From a virus (Duplodnaviria > Caudoviricetes), in IMG/VR virus record IMGVR_UViG_3300022719_000208, positions 1 through 39,310 of that record: 39,310 bases of DNA; one strand, 5' to 3'. The notes under the pieces were generated by a model. That model worked only from the letters and a program-made list of their open reading frames with translations, did not search any database and was not told the DNA's origin. The position numbers and the translations under genes are program-made. Of the stretch, positions 15,964-25,904 are shown in pieces (position 1 is the first letter of the stretch; every line of letters starts with the position of its first letter).

Positions 15964-18409
15964 AAATATATCTCTTGGGCTTTCAATCATTACCAAAGAC
16001 AAACACAGAGAGCTTCGGCGCTTATTAAAAACTTGTAAAGAGGTTAACTTCGACGAAATTGTTGTTTTGGATACAGGTTCCAAAAAGCCAACAGATACGA
16101 AAAATGTTTGCCAGAAATTCGGTGCCGAGTTTTATTCATATCATGAAAATCCACACGTCAAAGAAACCAAGCAATTTGGTCATATTTTTGATTTTGGTCA
16201 CGCAAGAAATACAGCCCTTTCCAAAATGACGACAGATTATGTCATGTGGCTTGATAGTGATGATGAGCTTCGAAATGGAAATCTTGTAAGGCCACTTCTT
16301 GCCAAGGTGATTGATAGTGGCAAGGAAGGCATTTCTGCCTATTACCTTTATGCGAAAGACGAACATGGCAATGTTCATACGGAGCAATGGCGGGAGAGAA
16401 TTTTTCCAAGAAACAGAGTTCGTTGGTATCCGTTTGTCCATGAGATTTGCATGGAAAAGGAAGGAGAGTCGCCGCTTGAACTTGAATTTCTTTCCAAAAT
16501 GAATTCTCCATGGGTTGAACATGATTGTGTAATTAAGCCTACGAACCGTTCAGATCGAGATATTAGAAACCTTAGGATTATTGATTTCCATAAAAAGAGA
16601 AACAATGGAAAGCTAGAATCTAGGATGTGGCATTACGCTGGGAAATCTTTTATGGGCTTGAATCAGTGGAAAGCGGCAATAGGTGCATTTGAGGAACATT
16701 TAAAAGAATCTGGATCCGAAATGCATCGCTATGATTCATTGATTTGCCAGGCTGAATGCTACCAAAAAATGAAACTTTGGGATATGGCTAGGGGGACAGC
16801 TTTTCGTGCCGTTGCAGAGCAACCAAAATGGCCCCAAGCCTGGACATCTCTTTGTATAACTTGTATGGAAATGAGGCGTTGGGATGATGTTTTGTTCTAT
16901 AACTCTGTTGGCCTTCTTTGTGAGGAAGATACTTCAACATATAGCTTTTCTCCAATCATGGTTAGAAAAGGTTTAGGTATTACAAGGCACCGGGCTCTTA
17001 CCGAGATAGAACATCACGAAGAGGCCAGGGATGTTATGGCGGCTCTTCATCGTGATTTTCCAAAAGATCCCGAATTCAAGAGATTATATGAGATATCAAC
17101 GAGCTTGTTGCGTGATGCAAAAAAAGCGTCGCATTGGTCTGAAATTATGAATGAGCTTGTATCCGAGGACCGGGGATTTGACGAAAGAGCGGAAGAGTTG
17201 GCAAGGCTTGCTCCAAAAAGCGTAAAACAATTTAACAAATGGTCATTTCTAAAACGCAAAGAACCGCCTTGCGACAGACCGTCTTTGGCAATTATATGTC
17301 CTGGTTCTAGGCCATTGTTCGGGCCTTCTTCTTTAAACAAAGGTATTGGTGGGTCTGAGGAAGCTGTAATACATTTGTCTAAGGCTCTTTCGGATCGGGG
17401 TTACTATGTTGATGTTTTTAGGGAAACAAATGAAGAGGGAGAACATGATGGTGTTCGCTGGTATCCATTTGCGGCGATACGAAAAAAGGATCGCTATGAT
17501 GTTGTTATAGGTTGGCGAAACCCTGATATTTTTGAAACTCGTTATCCGAATGCGAGAACAAACGTTCTTTGGTGTCATGACATTCCCGTTCCTGGCCAGA
17601 TTAAACCATATCACGTTAAAAACATTGATTATGTAATGGCTCTTTCTAAGGACCATGCTCAGTATTATGATGGAATCGTTCCTAAAGAAAAAATTATTAT
17701 TACAAGAAACGGCTTAAGTTCCAGTTGGTTTGCTGATCCTAAAAACAATCCAAAGAAAGTTATTTATGCAAGTAATCCAACAAGAGGCCTTTGGAATCTT
17801 TTTCATATTTGGCCGAATGTTTTCAAAATAACCGGGGCAGAGCTTCATTTTTTTTATGGGTTTACTGATTGGCATAAAGCCATAGTAGCGCACCAGCCCA
17901 GGGAGCAAATGCTTATGGTGGATATGAGAAATCGTTTTAGCGAGCTTGTAAGGCAAGGACACAAAATTTTCGACCATGGTATGGTTGGCCATAATGAGCT
18001 TCATAAGCATATGGCAAGTTCTGGTGTTTGGGCTTATCCAACATCATTCCCGGAAACAAATTGTTTGACGGCTTACAAAATGCAGGCTCATGGTGCCGTT
18101 CCGGTTACTTCGAGATATGCGGCTTTGAATGAATCCGTACAATGGGGTGAGAAAGTTGGTCATCAAGAAATTCCAACAATGGAACCAGAAAGCCAAGATT
18201 TAAAAGTTTTTGAGGATAAGTTAATCAATATGATTCTTGATGCAAACAAGCAGAAAGACATAAGAAAGGATATGATTCCATGGGCGAGGAAACATTTAAC
18301 TTGGGAGGAAGTAGCGGATCAGCTATGGGAGGTTTTCGAGGAGGGGAAAAAGGATCGGATGGTTTTGGTGCCTCCAGCGCCAATGAATCTAATCCTATCC
18401 GAGAGCTAA
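15953..18409 (+). CDS. Multidomain glycosyltransferase: GT2 (SunS/flagellin-GT-like) + TPR + GT4-like
   Basis: DEIVVLDTGS, DFGHARN, WLDSDD, RERIF, VHE; TPR-like helical repeats; GIGGSEEAV, YASNPTRGL, ETNCLTAYKMQAHG. Confidence 0.92.
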   Translation: MNPKNISLGLSIITKDKHRELRRLLKTCKEVNFDEIVVLDTGSKKPTDTKNVCQKFGAEFYSYHENPHVKETKQFGHIFDFGHARNTALSKMTTDYVMWLDSDDELRNGNLVRPLLAKVIDSGKEGISAYYLYAKDEHGNVHTEQWRERIFPRNRVRWYPFVHEICMEKEGESPLELEFLSKMNSPWVEHDCVIKPTNRSDRDIRNLRIIDFHKKRNNGKLESRMWHYAGKSFMGLNQWKAAIGAFEEHLKESGSEMHRYDSLICQAECYQKMKLWDMARGTAFRAVAEQPKWPQAWTSLCITCMEMRRWDDVLFYNSVGLLCEEDTSTYSFSPIMVRKGLGITRHRALTEIEHHEEARDVMAALHRDFPKDPEFKRLYEISTSLLRDAKKASHWSEIMNELVSEDRGFDERAEELARLAPKSVKQFNKWSFLKRKEPPCDRPSLAIICPGSRPLFGPSSLNKGIGGSEEAVIHLSKALSDRGYYVDVFRETNEEGEHDGVRWYPFAAIRKKDRYDVVIGWRNPDIFETRYPNARTNVLWCHDIPVPGQIKPYHVKNIDYVMALSKDHAQYYDGIVPKEKIIITRNGLSSSWFADPKNNPKKVIYASNPTRGLWNLFHIWPNVFKITGAELHFFYGFTDWHKAIVAHQPREQMLMVDMRNRFSELVRQGHKIFDHGMVGHNELHKHMASSGVWAYPTSFPETNCLTAYKMQAHGAVPVTSRYAALNESVQWGEKVGHQEIPTMEPESQDLKVFEDKLINMILDANKQKDIRKDMIPWARKHLTWEEVADQLWEVFEEGKKDRMVLVPPAPMNLILSES

Positions 18410-18825
18410 TTCACGGGAAGGAAAATGTTAATCTTTCGGATTTTATTATAAACGATAAAGTTGCCATCGAGAAGCAACGCAATGAAGTATACAAGCCAAT
18501 GTCTGAAAATGACATAAAAGGTGATTTGGCAACTAAAGTTAAAGGTGTTTTTGATCTTCCTGATGGGGCTGAAGATTCTATCGAGGTTGGTCAAATGAGC
18601 AAAATTATTTCTGAATATCTTTATGAAGAGCTTGGTGTTTATGAGCCGGAAGAGGTTTTGTCTACTATGATGCACATCATGCGTGAGAATGAAATTTCTG
18701 GTCAGCATGGATCTCAGCAATTGGAAAATTTCACCAAGTTTATTTTGAGCCAAAAAAAAGAACGCAAGCTAAGAGAAATTATTGATCAATATGGTAAATA
18801 CGGAACAACTAAGAAATTTGGTTAA
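18280..18825 (+). CDS. Acidic hypothetical protein (true start probably later, 18325 or 18499)
   Basis: ORF track; fills the operon gap. Confidence 0.55.
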   Translation: MGEETFNLGGSSGSAMGGFRGGEKGSDGFGASSANESNPIRELIHGKENVNLSDFIINDKVAIEKQRNEVYKPMSENDIKGDLATKVKGVFDLPDGAEDSIEVGQMSKIISEYLYEELGVYEPEEVLSTMMHIMRENEISGQHGSQQLENFTKFILSQKKERKLREIIDQYGKYGTTKKFG

Positions 18826-19018
18826 TCCAAGGCCGGGATTTCATTTTGTTTTTGAGGTTTATTGGATTGGTGGACACGATAAGGAAAAAAAAAGATTAGT
18901 TCGTTTATTACAGGGAGAAAAGGCGATTAAGGCCATGGAGATTGCTTTTGAGGCAAGTGGTGGAAATGTTAGAAAGGCCATTTCTTTAATTGAGGCTGAA
19001 CTTAAGCGTGGTGTTTGA
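18791..19018 (+). CDS. Hypothetical protein
   Basis: ATG start; TGATG coupling to the next gene. Confidence 0.6.
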   Translation: MVNTEQLRNLVNPRPGFHFVFEVYWIGGHDKEKKRLVRLLQGEKAIKAMEIAFEASGGNVRKAISLIEAELKRGV

Positions 19019-20223
19019 TGCCTGATGATCTTTTAGCAATTGGAGAAATTTTTCAAACAGTTTTCCATAGGGAAGCTGAGGCTATAAAGGCATTGGCTTA
19101 TGGATTTGATGGCTCTGGATTCGATAGAATTCGCATTGACACAGATGGACATGTTCAGGTTGATGTTCAATCGGGAAACATTACCGTTCAAGAGCCACTT
19201 TCAATAGATGACAATGGCGGGTCTTTGACGGTTGATGCGTCTGATCTAGATATTCGCGATTTGGACTCATCACAAGACTCTGTCGAAGTTTTGCAATCCA
19301 CAGCTTCCAACCTTAATGCTACTGTTTCTCAGCAAAAAGGAGACCTATCTACTGACAATTCCACAGAAACCCCACTTCCTCTTGACGGAGTTTTTACGGG
19401 AAATTGGGAGGATTTGGATAACTACCAAGGGATTAGAATTGCTATATATTCTGATCAGGATTCTGCTGGATCGAACCATTTGGCTGTCGAGTGGTCGCAT
19501 GATAATGGCACAACAACGGGAAACAACGAGAAGATAGGAAAGATTACCGGAGATAATGGTGCGGTATTTTTTATTCCAAAAAGGTTTAGATATTTCAGGG
19601 TTGTATATAAAACAGGCTCTGCTCAATCTACGTTTGTTTTAAAGACATACAAGCTTTTTTCTCCTGTACTTCCCGTGTACTCGGAGACTGGGCAAGGCGC
19701 CGGGTCAAAGCTTACTACTCCAGGCATGCCGCTTTTGTTTCGTGCTGGCCAGAGCCCCAACCAAACGTGGTCCGTTCCGTTTCAGTTTACTCCCATGCCT
19801 GTTGGAATCGTTGACGCAGGAGGTAGCGGCGATCAGGTTGTAGCGCTAAGTGGTGGAGATTATGGTATAGCAGACAATTTTGGTCTATTGGTCAATGCGA
19901 GAAACCGCGCTTTTGATACAAAAAACACAACAGTTGCCAATAAGGGCAAAAAAACGGTGGATCAAACATCTGGAGGAGTTACGATTTTGGCTCTTAACAC
20001 AAGCCGAAAAAAAGCCTGGATTCAAAACGTTGGAAGCGAATGGGTCAGGCTTGATCTTGGCAGTTCGGCCGATGCGGATAGTGAAATAAGGCTCCCCCCA
20101 GCGGTTGGAACGTATACGATAGAGCCTACGGGAGGGTACGTTTATACAGGCCAAATAACGGCATTTTCCGAGTCGGCAACTTCTAGCGAAGTGGTTCATT
20201 ATGAAGAACAAGCAACACTATAG
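19018..20223 (+). CDS. Putative virion decoration/spike protein with tandem beta-rich modules
   Basis: LDIRDL stalk-like segment, NST.TPL...FTG.WED...RYFRVVY module, and a C-terminal RKKAWIQN module; Ser/Thr/Gly-rich. Confidence 0.55.
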   Translation: MPDDLLAIGEIFQTVFHREAEAIKALAYGFDGSGFDRIRIDTDGHVQVDVQSGNITVQEPLSIDDNGGSLTVDASDLDIRDLDSSQDSVEVLQSTASNLNATVSQQKGDLSTDNSTETPLPLDGVFTGNWEDLDNYQGIRIAIYSDQDSAGSNHLAVEWSHDNGTTTGNNEKIGKITGDNGAVFFIPKRFRYFRVVYKTGSAQSTFVLKTYKLFSPVLPVYSETGQGAGSKLTTPGMPLLFRAGQSPNQTWSVPFQFTPMPVGIVDAGGSGDQVVALSGGDYGIADNFGLLVNARNRAFDTKNTTVANKGKKTVDQTSGGVTILALNTSRKKAWIQNVGSEWVRLDLGSSADADSEIRLPPAVGTYTIEPTGGYVYTGQITAFSESATSSEVVHYEEQATL

Positions 20224-20232
20224 GAGCACGGC

Positions 20233-21432
20233 ATGACTGCTCCAACATATACCCCAAAGGGTGTAGCGTCTCAAATCGGTGTTCCTGTACCCGATAATAT
20301 TAAGGACCTTTACGGGGACGGAAGCGATGCGTCTATTTATTATGACGGCACAAACCTGGTGATTGATCCCGCCGAAGTGGGAACAGGCAAAGTTGATCTT
20401 AACGGAGAAGATCTTTTGTGTGACCAAATCGGGATGGCGGGACTTTCAACGGGCGGTGGAGTTTTAATTGCTGCTGACGGAGTTTCTGGGACAGGTATTG
20501 TGGCGGGTTTAAATTTTGTGATCGATTATTCCGGCGTCTCTAACATTGCCGGGAACTTGCAATCAAAAATCACTTATTCTGGGACAGCCACAAACCCAGA
20601 CACTTATGGGGCTCTTTTAACGGCGAGACAGGGAAGAGCGGATGCGGGTATTGATGAGATTTGGGGTGCCCAATTCAATTCTACTGTTGAAATTGGACTA
20701 GCTAGCGGGTTTCATTTTTTCTACGGCGCAGATTTTCGTGTACTTGACAATTCTGGAGGGGCGAGTACTGGTGGAATTGTCGGCAGTTATGGAGCGATAT
20801 TTCGTTCTATCCCTACTATAGCTGGTGTGTCTACCCAACTGAAGGCTGGTCCGTACAGTCTGGAAAACATTGTTCTTGCCGTTGATAAACATATTAATCT
20901 TGAAGGGGCAGCGAATCTTTTTTCTATTGGCGACACTTATATCACTTCAAGGCGGTCCGCAACCGGGGATGTAGGGGTTTTCATTGATGGAACGGAGTGC
21001 CTTACCTTCGATAACGATCATGTTGACTTGCTCCAAGACATGATTGTTGCCGACACAATCAATTTTCAGTTCAATACATCTACCGGGACAATGATTGGGA
21101 CAGGTACCGGGGAGAAGATGGGTTTTTGGGGGGCTACCCCTGTGGCGCAGCCTTCCGCCTATACCCAGACGTATTCGTCTGCGGATAAAACCCATGCTAA
21201 TCCTACCTCTTCGACGCTTACAGATAGCACGGGTGGGACAGCCAATACAACAGTAGTTGCCATGCCCGCGGTAAACGGCTCGGGAGCAACAACGGCCCAG
21301 GAAAATGCCGTTAACGACAATTTTGCCGACCTGACAGCTCAGGTAAATAATCTCAGGGCTGATTTAATTGACCTAAAACAATTGGTTAACTCATTAATAG
21401 ATGATTTACAAAATATAGGAATGGTAGGATGA
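20233..21432 (+). CDS. Putative fibre/spike protein
   Basis: Gly/Thr/Ser-rich beta repeats, GFWGATPVAQP motif, C-terminal coiled coil; AGGAG RBS. Confidence 0.6.
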   Translation: MTAPTYTPKGVASQIGVPVPDNIKDLYGDGSDASIYYDGTNLVIDPAEVGTGKVDLNGEDLLCDQIGMAGLSTGGGVLIAADGVSGTGIVAGLNFVIDYSGVSNIAGNLQSKITYSGTATNPDTYGALLTARQGRADAGIDEIWGAQFNSTVEIGLASGFHFFYGADFRVLDNSGGASTGGIVGSYGAIFRSIPTIAGVSTQLKAGPYSLENIVLAVDKHINLEGAANLFSIGDTYITSRRSATGDVGVFIDGTECLTFDNDHVDLLQDMIVADTINFQFNTSTGTMIGTGTGEKMGFWGATPVAQPSAYTQTYSSADKTHANPTSSTLTDSTGGTANTTVVAMPAVNGSGATTAQENAVNDNFADLTAQVNNLRADLIDLKQLVNSLIDDLQNIGMVG

Positions 21433-21809
21433 CATTACCCACGGTGACAACAAAATCTGGACAAGTGATTGCGGTAAATAATTACATTAAATCCGAACAC
21501 GCAAAAGGCAACATTACCGATGAACAGCTTATTGCGCTGGATAAAAAACTTACCGCCAACACACTCCCCCCAGAATCAACTGTTCCCCCTCTCGTTGTTA
21601 AACTAAACTCCCTTGCGCGGGCTGTAAAGGTAGCCGTTCAGTATGCTGGGCTTTGCAATATGAAAGTTTTTGACGAAACGGGGACAACGGTCGAATTTGA
21701 TATGAGCAAAGAGGAGAGCGAGGGCGTTGACAAATTAAAGGCCCGTCTTGGCTCTGCTTTGCTGGAAGTCGATAAAGCGTACCAAAATCTTAAGGACCTG
21801 GGGAAATGA
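21429..21809 (+). CDS. Hypothetical protein
   Basis: ATGA overlaps at both ends. Confidence 0.7.
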   Translation: MTLPTVTTKSGQVIAVNNYIKSEHAKGNITDEQLIALDKKLTANTLPPESTVPPLVVKLNSLARAVKVAVQYAGLCNMKVFDETGTTVEFDMSKEESEGVDKLKARLGSALLEVDKAYQNLKDLGK

Positions 21810-22054
21810 CTGAAAATGCGGAAAAAAGACTGGCCATTACTATTCTTGGAGCGGTGCTAACTCTCCTGACGTTGGCTGCCATGGCTTGGGCCAATTCTAT
21901 GCACAATCAGCTCGAAAAACTTATCGAAGGCGTTGTTTTGCGCGAGGGCAGGATTTCTTCTCTTGAATCCGATTCAGAAAATTTAAGGGAATGGCTTTTA
22001 CGGATAGATACAAAGCTGGACAAAATTATTAATATGCAAGGGAAGAGAAAATGA
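21806..22054 (+). CDS. Single-TM plus coiled-coil membrane protein (holin- or spanin-like)
   Basis: LAITILGAVLTLLTLAAMAWA TM helix, then RIDTKLDKI coiled coil. Confidence 0.6.
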   Translation: MTENAEKRLAITILGAVLTLLTLAAMAWANSMHNQLEKLIEGVVLREGRISSLESDSENLREWLLRIDTKLDKIINMQGKRK

Positions 22055-22272
22055 ACAACAAGAACATTGGAACACATAATCAAATTTCAAAAGAAATTAA
22101 GGATTTGGCATCATCTGGATTTTTAAAGTTTTTGGAATTAAAACAATTGCAGAGAAAAGAGAGAATTTTACAAGAAGAAATTGTTAGGATTGAAAAGGCA
22201 TTATCTTCTCTACAAAAAGGCATAATCGAGAATGACTCAAAAAATACAAGGATGGAAAAGTCTTCCAGATAA
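22051..22272 (+). CDS. Small coiled-coil hypothetical protein
   Basis: ATGA overlap; 73 aa. Confidence 0.6.
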   Translation: MNNKNIGTHNQISKEIKDLASSGFLKFLELKQLQRKERILQEEIVRIEKALSSLQKGIIENDSKNTRMEKSSR

Positions 22273-22618
22273 CATTGATCTTATTCCTAAGATCCATAAA
22301 AATACCCCTGCGGCGGGAAGGATAAATCCTTCAAAGGGGTCTCCCGCTGGATTCTCCGTGGAAGAGGGAATTTATTGGATCCAAATCACTCACGAAGTTC
22401 ACTCAGATTTTTTTGATATAGATATTAGCATGGACGGTGGTTTAACCGAAGCAATAAGAATTGCTTCACCGGCAATTGACTTAACTACGGACAATGACGT
22501 ATTTCTTGCACAAATGTATATTCGCATAATGGAGCCTGGCACACTTACTTTTACGGTTGCGTCGAATGCTGCAGCCGGAACAGATATGGTAGTATTTTTA
22601 AACAAAATAGATAGGTGA
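22232..22618 (+). CDS. Hypothetical beta-rich protein, possibly virion-associated
   Basis: 128-aa ORF within the structural operon. Confidence 0.6.
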   Translation: MTQKIQGWKSLPDNIDLIPKIHKNTPAAGRINPSKGSPAGFSVEEGIYWIQITHEVHSDFFDIDISMDGGLTEAIRIASPAIDLTTDNDVFLAQMYIRIMEPGTLTFTVASNAAAGTDMVVFLNKIDR

Positions 22619-22622
22619 TTTA

Positions 22623-23594
22623 ATGGAAACTGGATATTTGACATTTGGAGAAATTTACAATCAGGCATCTAGGGTTGTGCAGGATCCGACATCTTCTTTT
22701 ATTTCTATGATTAAGGAAGAAATCAATGACTACTATGTTATGGCGGCAAAGAGAACCGATTGGAGGGAGCTTCGCCGTCTTGTGACGAGTGGTATTTCTT
22801 TTACAGCAGGAGCGGGAAATTTATATCTTCCCAGGGACGTTGGAAAAATAATTGCAATTGTAGACAATACAAATAATCGTTGGCTGGATCAATATCCAAT
22901 GGATTTTATTCTTTATGCTTCGCCGGCATTTTACGACGAAGAGGGAACGGCTATTGCTTATTCTCCCATTGGGTTTTTGGGAAGGGAGGCTGATTTTAGC
23001 AGTTCAGCCGAATTGATAAGGGCGGTTTCTTCGTCTTCTTCCGATACTACGCAAACAGTAAGACTTGTTGTCAAGGACAGCAATGGATTGGAAAGAGAAG
23101 ATACACTTTCTCTAAACGGGACAAGCAATGTTGACACGGCGAATACTTGGGATGATCTTTTGAGCGTTTCTTGTGATGATGCTAAGCAGGGTGTTGTGAC
23201 GATTTCTGGCGTTACGTCTGGAACTGTTTATGTTCGTCTCGCTTCCGGTGAAAAAACTTTTCGTACTCAGGTTCTTCGTCTTTACCAACCATCCGAAGAC
23301 GCCAACTCGATTGCTCTTCTTTATAAAAAAGCGGTCCGTCGTATGCAAAATGATGACGACGTTCCAGAAATTCCTATCGGCGAATATCTAAGAAAGATTG
23401 CAATATCTAAGGGATATCAATTTGATGGAGACAAGCAAAACGCAAGAGAAGTTTTTGCTGAAAGCGAAAAAATGTTTTCAGAGGATGTGGATTCTTCTAC
23501 GGGATGGGGTACTTGGATTTCTGCGCCGCGTCCTAGGCCAAGGACGGGAATTCTCAACTCAAGTTGGAGGCAATCAAGACCTTACCAGAGCTGA
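22623..23594 (+). CDS. Putative head-tail adaptor (tail tubular A/gp4-like) with inserted domain
   Basis: TFGEIYNQ...IN....DW..L...YLP.D N-terminus, NDDDVPEIP C-terminal motif, position before the nozzle; AGGTG RBS. Confidence 0.65.
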   Translation: METGYLTFGEIYNQASRVVQDPTSSFISMIKEEINDYYVMAAKRTDWRELRRLVTSGISFTAGAGNLYLPRDVGKIIAIVDNTNNRWLDQYPMDFILYASPAFYDEEGTAIAYSPIGFLGREADFSSSAELIRAVSSSSSDTTQTVRLVVKDSNGLEREDTLSLNGTSNVDTANTWDDLLSVSCDDAKQGVVTISGVTSGTVYVRLASGEKTFRTQVLRLYQPSEDANSIALLYKKAVRRMQNDDDVPEIPIGEYLRKIAISKGYQFDGDKQNAREVFAESEKMFSEDVDSSTGWGTWISAPRPRPRTGILNSSWRQSRPYQS

Positions 23595-23595
23595 T

Positions 23596-25287
23596 ATGGC
23601 TAGATACCAAACATTAGAGCAGGAAATCATTCTAAATTTCCGAGATTTTTCGGGAGGTGTGAACAATAAACTCCATCCGTTACTACTTCCGGAAAATCAG
23701 TGTGAGAAGTTGGACAATCTAGATATTTCGATACCTGGCATCGTTAAATCAAGACTTGGTTATCAATCAAAGCTCGATGATTTGAGTCTTGATACACGAG
23801 TGGGGGCAGGTCTTTATGATTATTTGAAAGATGATGGCACCCATACCCTTTTATTGTGGCGGTCTGATTTAAGTGCAGGGAACGGAAACTTTGGATTTTT
23901 TGAATGGAATGGTTCGGCATCAACCTGGACAGCCCAGGGTGCGGACGATTTTGACGTTACGAGTTCAACGGGCGCTTTGGATGAAATTTTTGGTCTGCCG
24001 TTTAAGGATCTAATGATTTTTGTTAATTCGGTTACCGGAGCGGCAATCGATTGGGATGGTTCCACTTTAGCTGGCAATATTCACGCCACGGATGCAAGCA
24101 ATGATGATTTTTTTCCATCTGGTCATATTATGGCATCGTGGTTGGGCAGAGTATTTGTATCAGGTAATTCTCTTACAATGTCTAACCAATTTTCCAGCCC
24201 AAAGCCAGGTTTTGTTTGGCCATCCAAAATTTTTGATCCAGTTGACGGCAAATGGAGCAGAACGTCAAGGGCATTCCGAGTAGGACAAGGCAATGGTTGT
24301 CACGTTCGTGCATTGTTGCCAATTAGAAACCGTGAAATGATAGTATTTTGCAACAATACTATCCATGCTGTTTTGCCGCCCATTAATATGTTTTCACAAA
24401 CTGCTTTTGGCCACCCCACTGCCGAAAATTTTCCGGTTCAAGAAATCCATCCATCGATTGGTTGTGGTTCAGGAAAAACGGCAAAGCTGGTAGGTGAAGA
24501 TATAATATTTATGGATCAGTATGGGAATATCAGGCGTTTATCAAGGACGCAACTAGAGCAAAACCGTGGCGTTGTTGGTCTTCCTATTTCCGATCCAATA
24601 CAAGGCTACATTGATCGAATCAATAAAATATATTTGGGTCTTTGTACGGCGTTTGTTTCTGGTCGTAATTATTATATATCCGTTCCGCTTGATTCTGCGA
24701 CAAGCCTAAGCCATACACTTGTTTTCGACGTCCCCCTTGGTGTCTGGATGGGTATTAGGGATTATTCTTGGTCCAACTATGTTGAATCTTCCGTTGAGGA
24801 CACAATAAATGATTCCGAAAAAAGAATTTATGTTTTGGATGGCACAACAAACATACAAATGTATGAGATTGAAAGTGGGAATTCTGATGATGGCACAGCA
24901 ATTGGGCAAACATTTCAACACAAAAGGTTAGACTTTGGTCTTCCTAACACGCACAAAATTGGAAAAACTCTTTGGATGTATTTTGTTGCATCAGGAAATG
25001 CAGATGTTGAGGTTTTTGCTTCACCTGATGGGGGTGGATTTCAAGTTTTGGAAGGAAGTCCAATTAATTTATCCGGCAATGCCGGGTCTATTCCTACTGA
25101 ATATCCATATACACTGGGTGGTGGTGGTGTTATCAGAAAGTCTTTTCGGCTGACGGATTTAGGGAGATGGACAGATCTTGAAATCAAGTGGACTCAAAGC
25201 GGTTTGGATTCATCTGGGTCTGTAATACAGACGGAATTTCTCGGATATTCAATTTCAGCGGTACCTGCAAGTCCAAGAAGGAGTTAG
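23596..25287 (+). CDS. Tail nozzle / DNA stabilisation protein (P22 gp10 / tail tubular B-like)
   Basis: FRDFSGGVNN...LPENQ...DN N-terminus, IGCGS, beta-propeller-like composition, RLDFG; start MARYQ at 23596. Confidence 0.75.
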   Translation: MARYQTLEQEIILNFRDFSGGVNNKLHPLLLPENQCEKLDNLDISIPGIVKSRLGYQSKLDDLSLDTRVGAGLYDYLKDDGTHTLLLWRSDLSAGNGNFGFFEWNGSASTWTAQGADDFDVTSSTGALDEIFGLPFKDLMIFVNSVTGAAIDWDGSTLAGNIHATDASNDDFFPSGHIMASWLGRVFVSGNSLTMSNQFSSPKPGFVWPSKIFDPVDGKWSRTSRAFRVGQGNGCHVRALLPIRNREMIVFCNNTIHAVLPPINMFSQTAFGHPTAENFPVQEIHPSIGCGSGKTAKLVGEDIIFMDQYGNIRRLSRTQLEQNRGVVGLPISDPIQGYIDRINKIYLGLCTAFVSGRNYYISVPLDSATSLSHTLVFDVPLGVWMGIRDYSWSNYVESSVEDTINDSEKRIYVLDGTTNIQMYEIESGNSDDGTAIGQTFQHKRLDFGLPNTHKIGKTLWMYFVASGNADVEVFASPDGGGFQVLEGSPINLSGNAGSIPTEYPYTLGGGGVIRKSFRLTDLGRWTDLEIKWTQSGLDSSGSVIQTEFLGYSISAVPASPRRS

Positions 25288-25295
25288 ATATAGTA

Positions 25296-25904
25296 ATGGA
25301 AGTAACACCCGGAGTGACATTGGCCAATTTAACGCAAGCAACAAAGGAAAACTTTGAGGCATTGGTAAATTCTGCCACGTTTGCAAATGGTGAATATACA
25401 GATTTTGTTGCAACCAATAGGCCAGTTTTCAAGGGGGGTGGCGCTCCTGAGCCTGTAAAGGGTCAGATTTGGTTGAATACATCCATTTCGGGATTTTTTT
25501 CTCTTATGTATTATGATGGTTCTGGATTTAAGCCACTTTCATTTGGTCTTAGTCTTACGAACAAATCTGGATCTTCCATGCAAGCGGGTGATGCCGTGGA
25601 AATTGTTCCAAATGAATCTCATTTTGATATTCCAGGGACTTCTTTTGATTTAGATAGAGGGATTTTAGCAGTAGATACTGAAAACGATCAGGAGGGGCCC
25701 GTTATTTTTCGTGGTATTGCAAAAATCAGACAATTTGATGAAACAACCTATGGTACTGCTGTAAATATGGGATTTTTGCGTGTTGATTCATCAACGGGTA
25801 TTAAAGTAGATGCAAGCTCAAGAACATCTGTGAATAGTGTTATTGGAAGGCTTTTGGATAAGACAAACAAAATTGGATATATAGCAGGAAGGTTGATTTT
25901 TTAA
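25296..25904 (+). CDS. Short fibre-like tail protein, paralog 1
   Basis: AP...GQIWLNT...YYDGS, then NKSG...AGDAV. Confidence 0.6.
   Translation: MEVTPGVTLANLTQATKENFEALVNSATFANGEYTDFVATNRPVFKGGGAPEPVKGQIWLNTSISGFFSLMYYDGSGFKPLSFGLSLTNKSGSSMQAGDAVEIVPNESHFDIPGTSFDLDRGILAVDTENDQEGPVIFRGIAKIRQFDETTYGTAVNMGFLRVDSSTGIKVDASSRTSVNSVIGRLLDKTNKIGYIAGRLIF

Noticed and set aside
23398-23595. Extended upstream starts in the ORF track (e.g. 23398, 25188, 27166, 15481, 8397, 5129)
   Set aside because: They overlap upstream genes or regulatory elements; downstream ATGs give tighter gene packing and family-typical N-termini.
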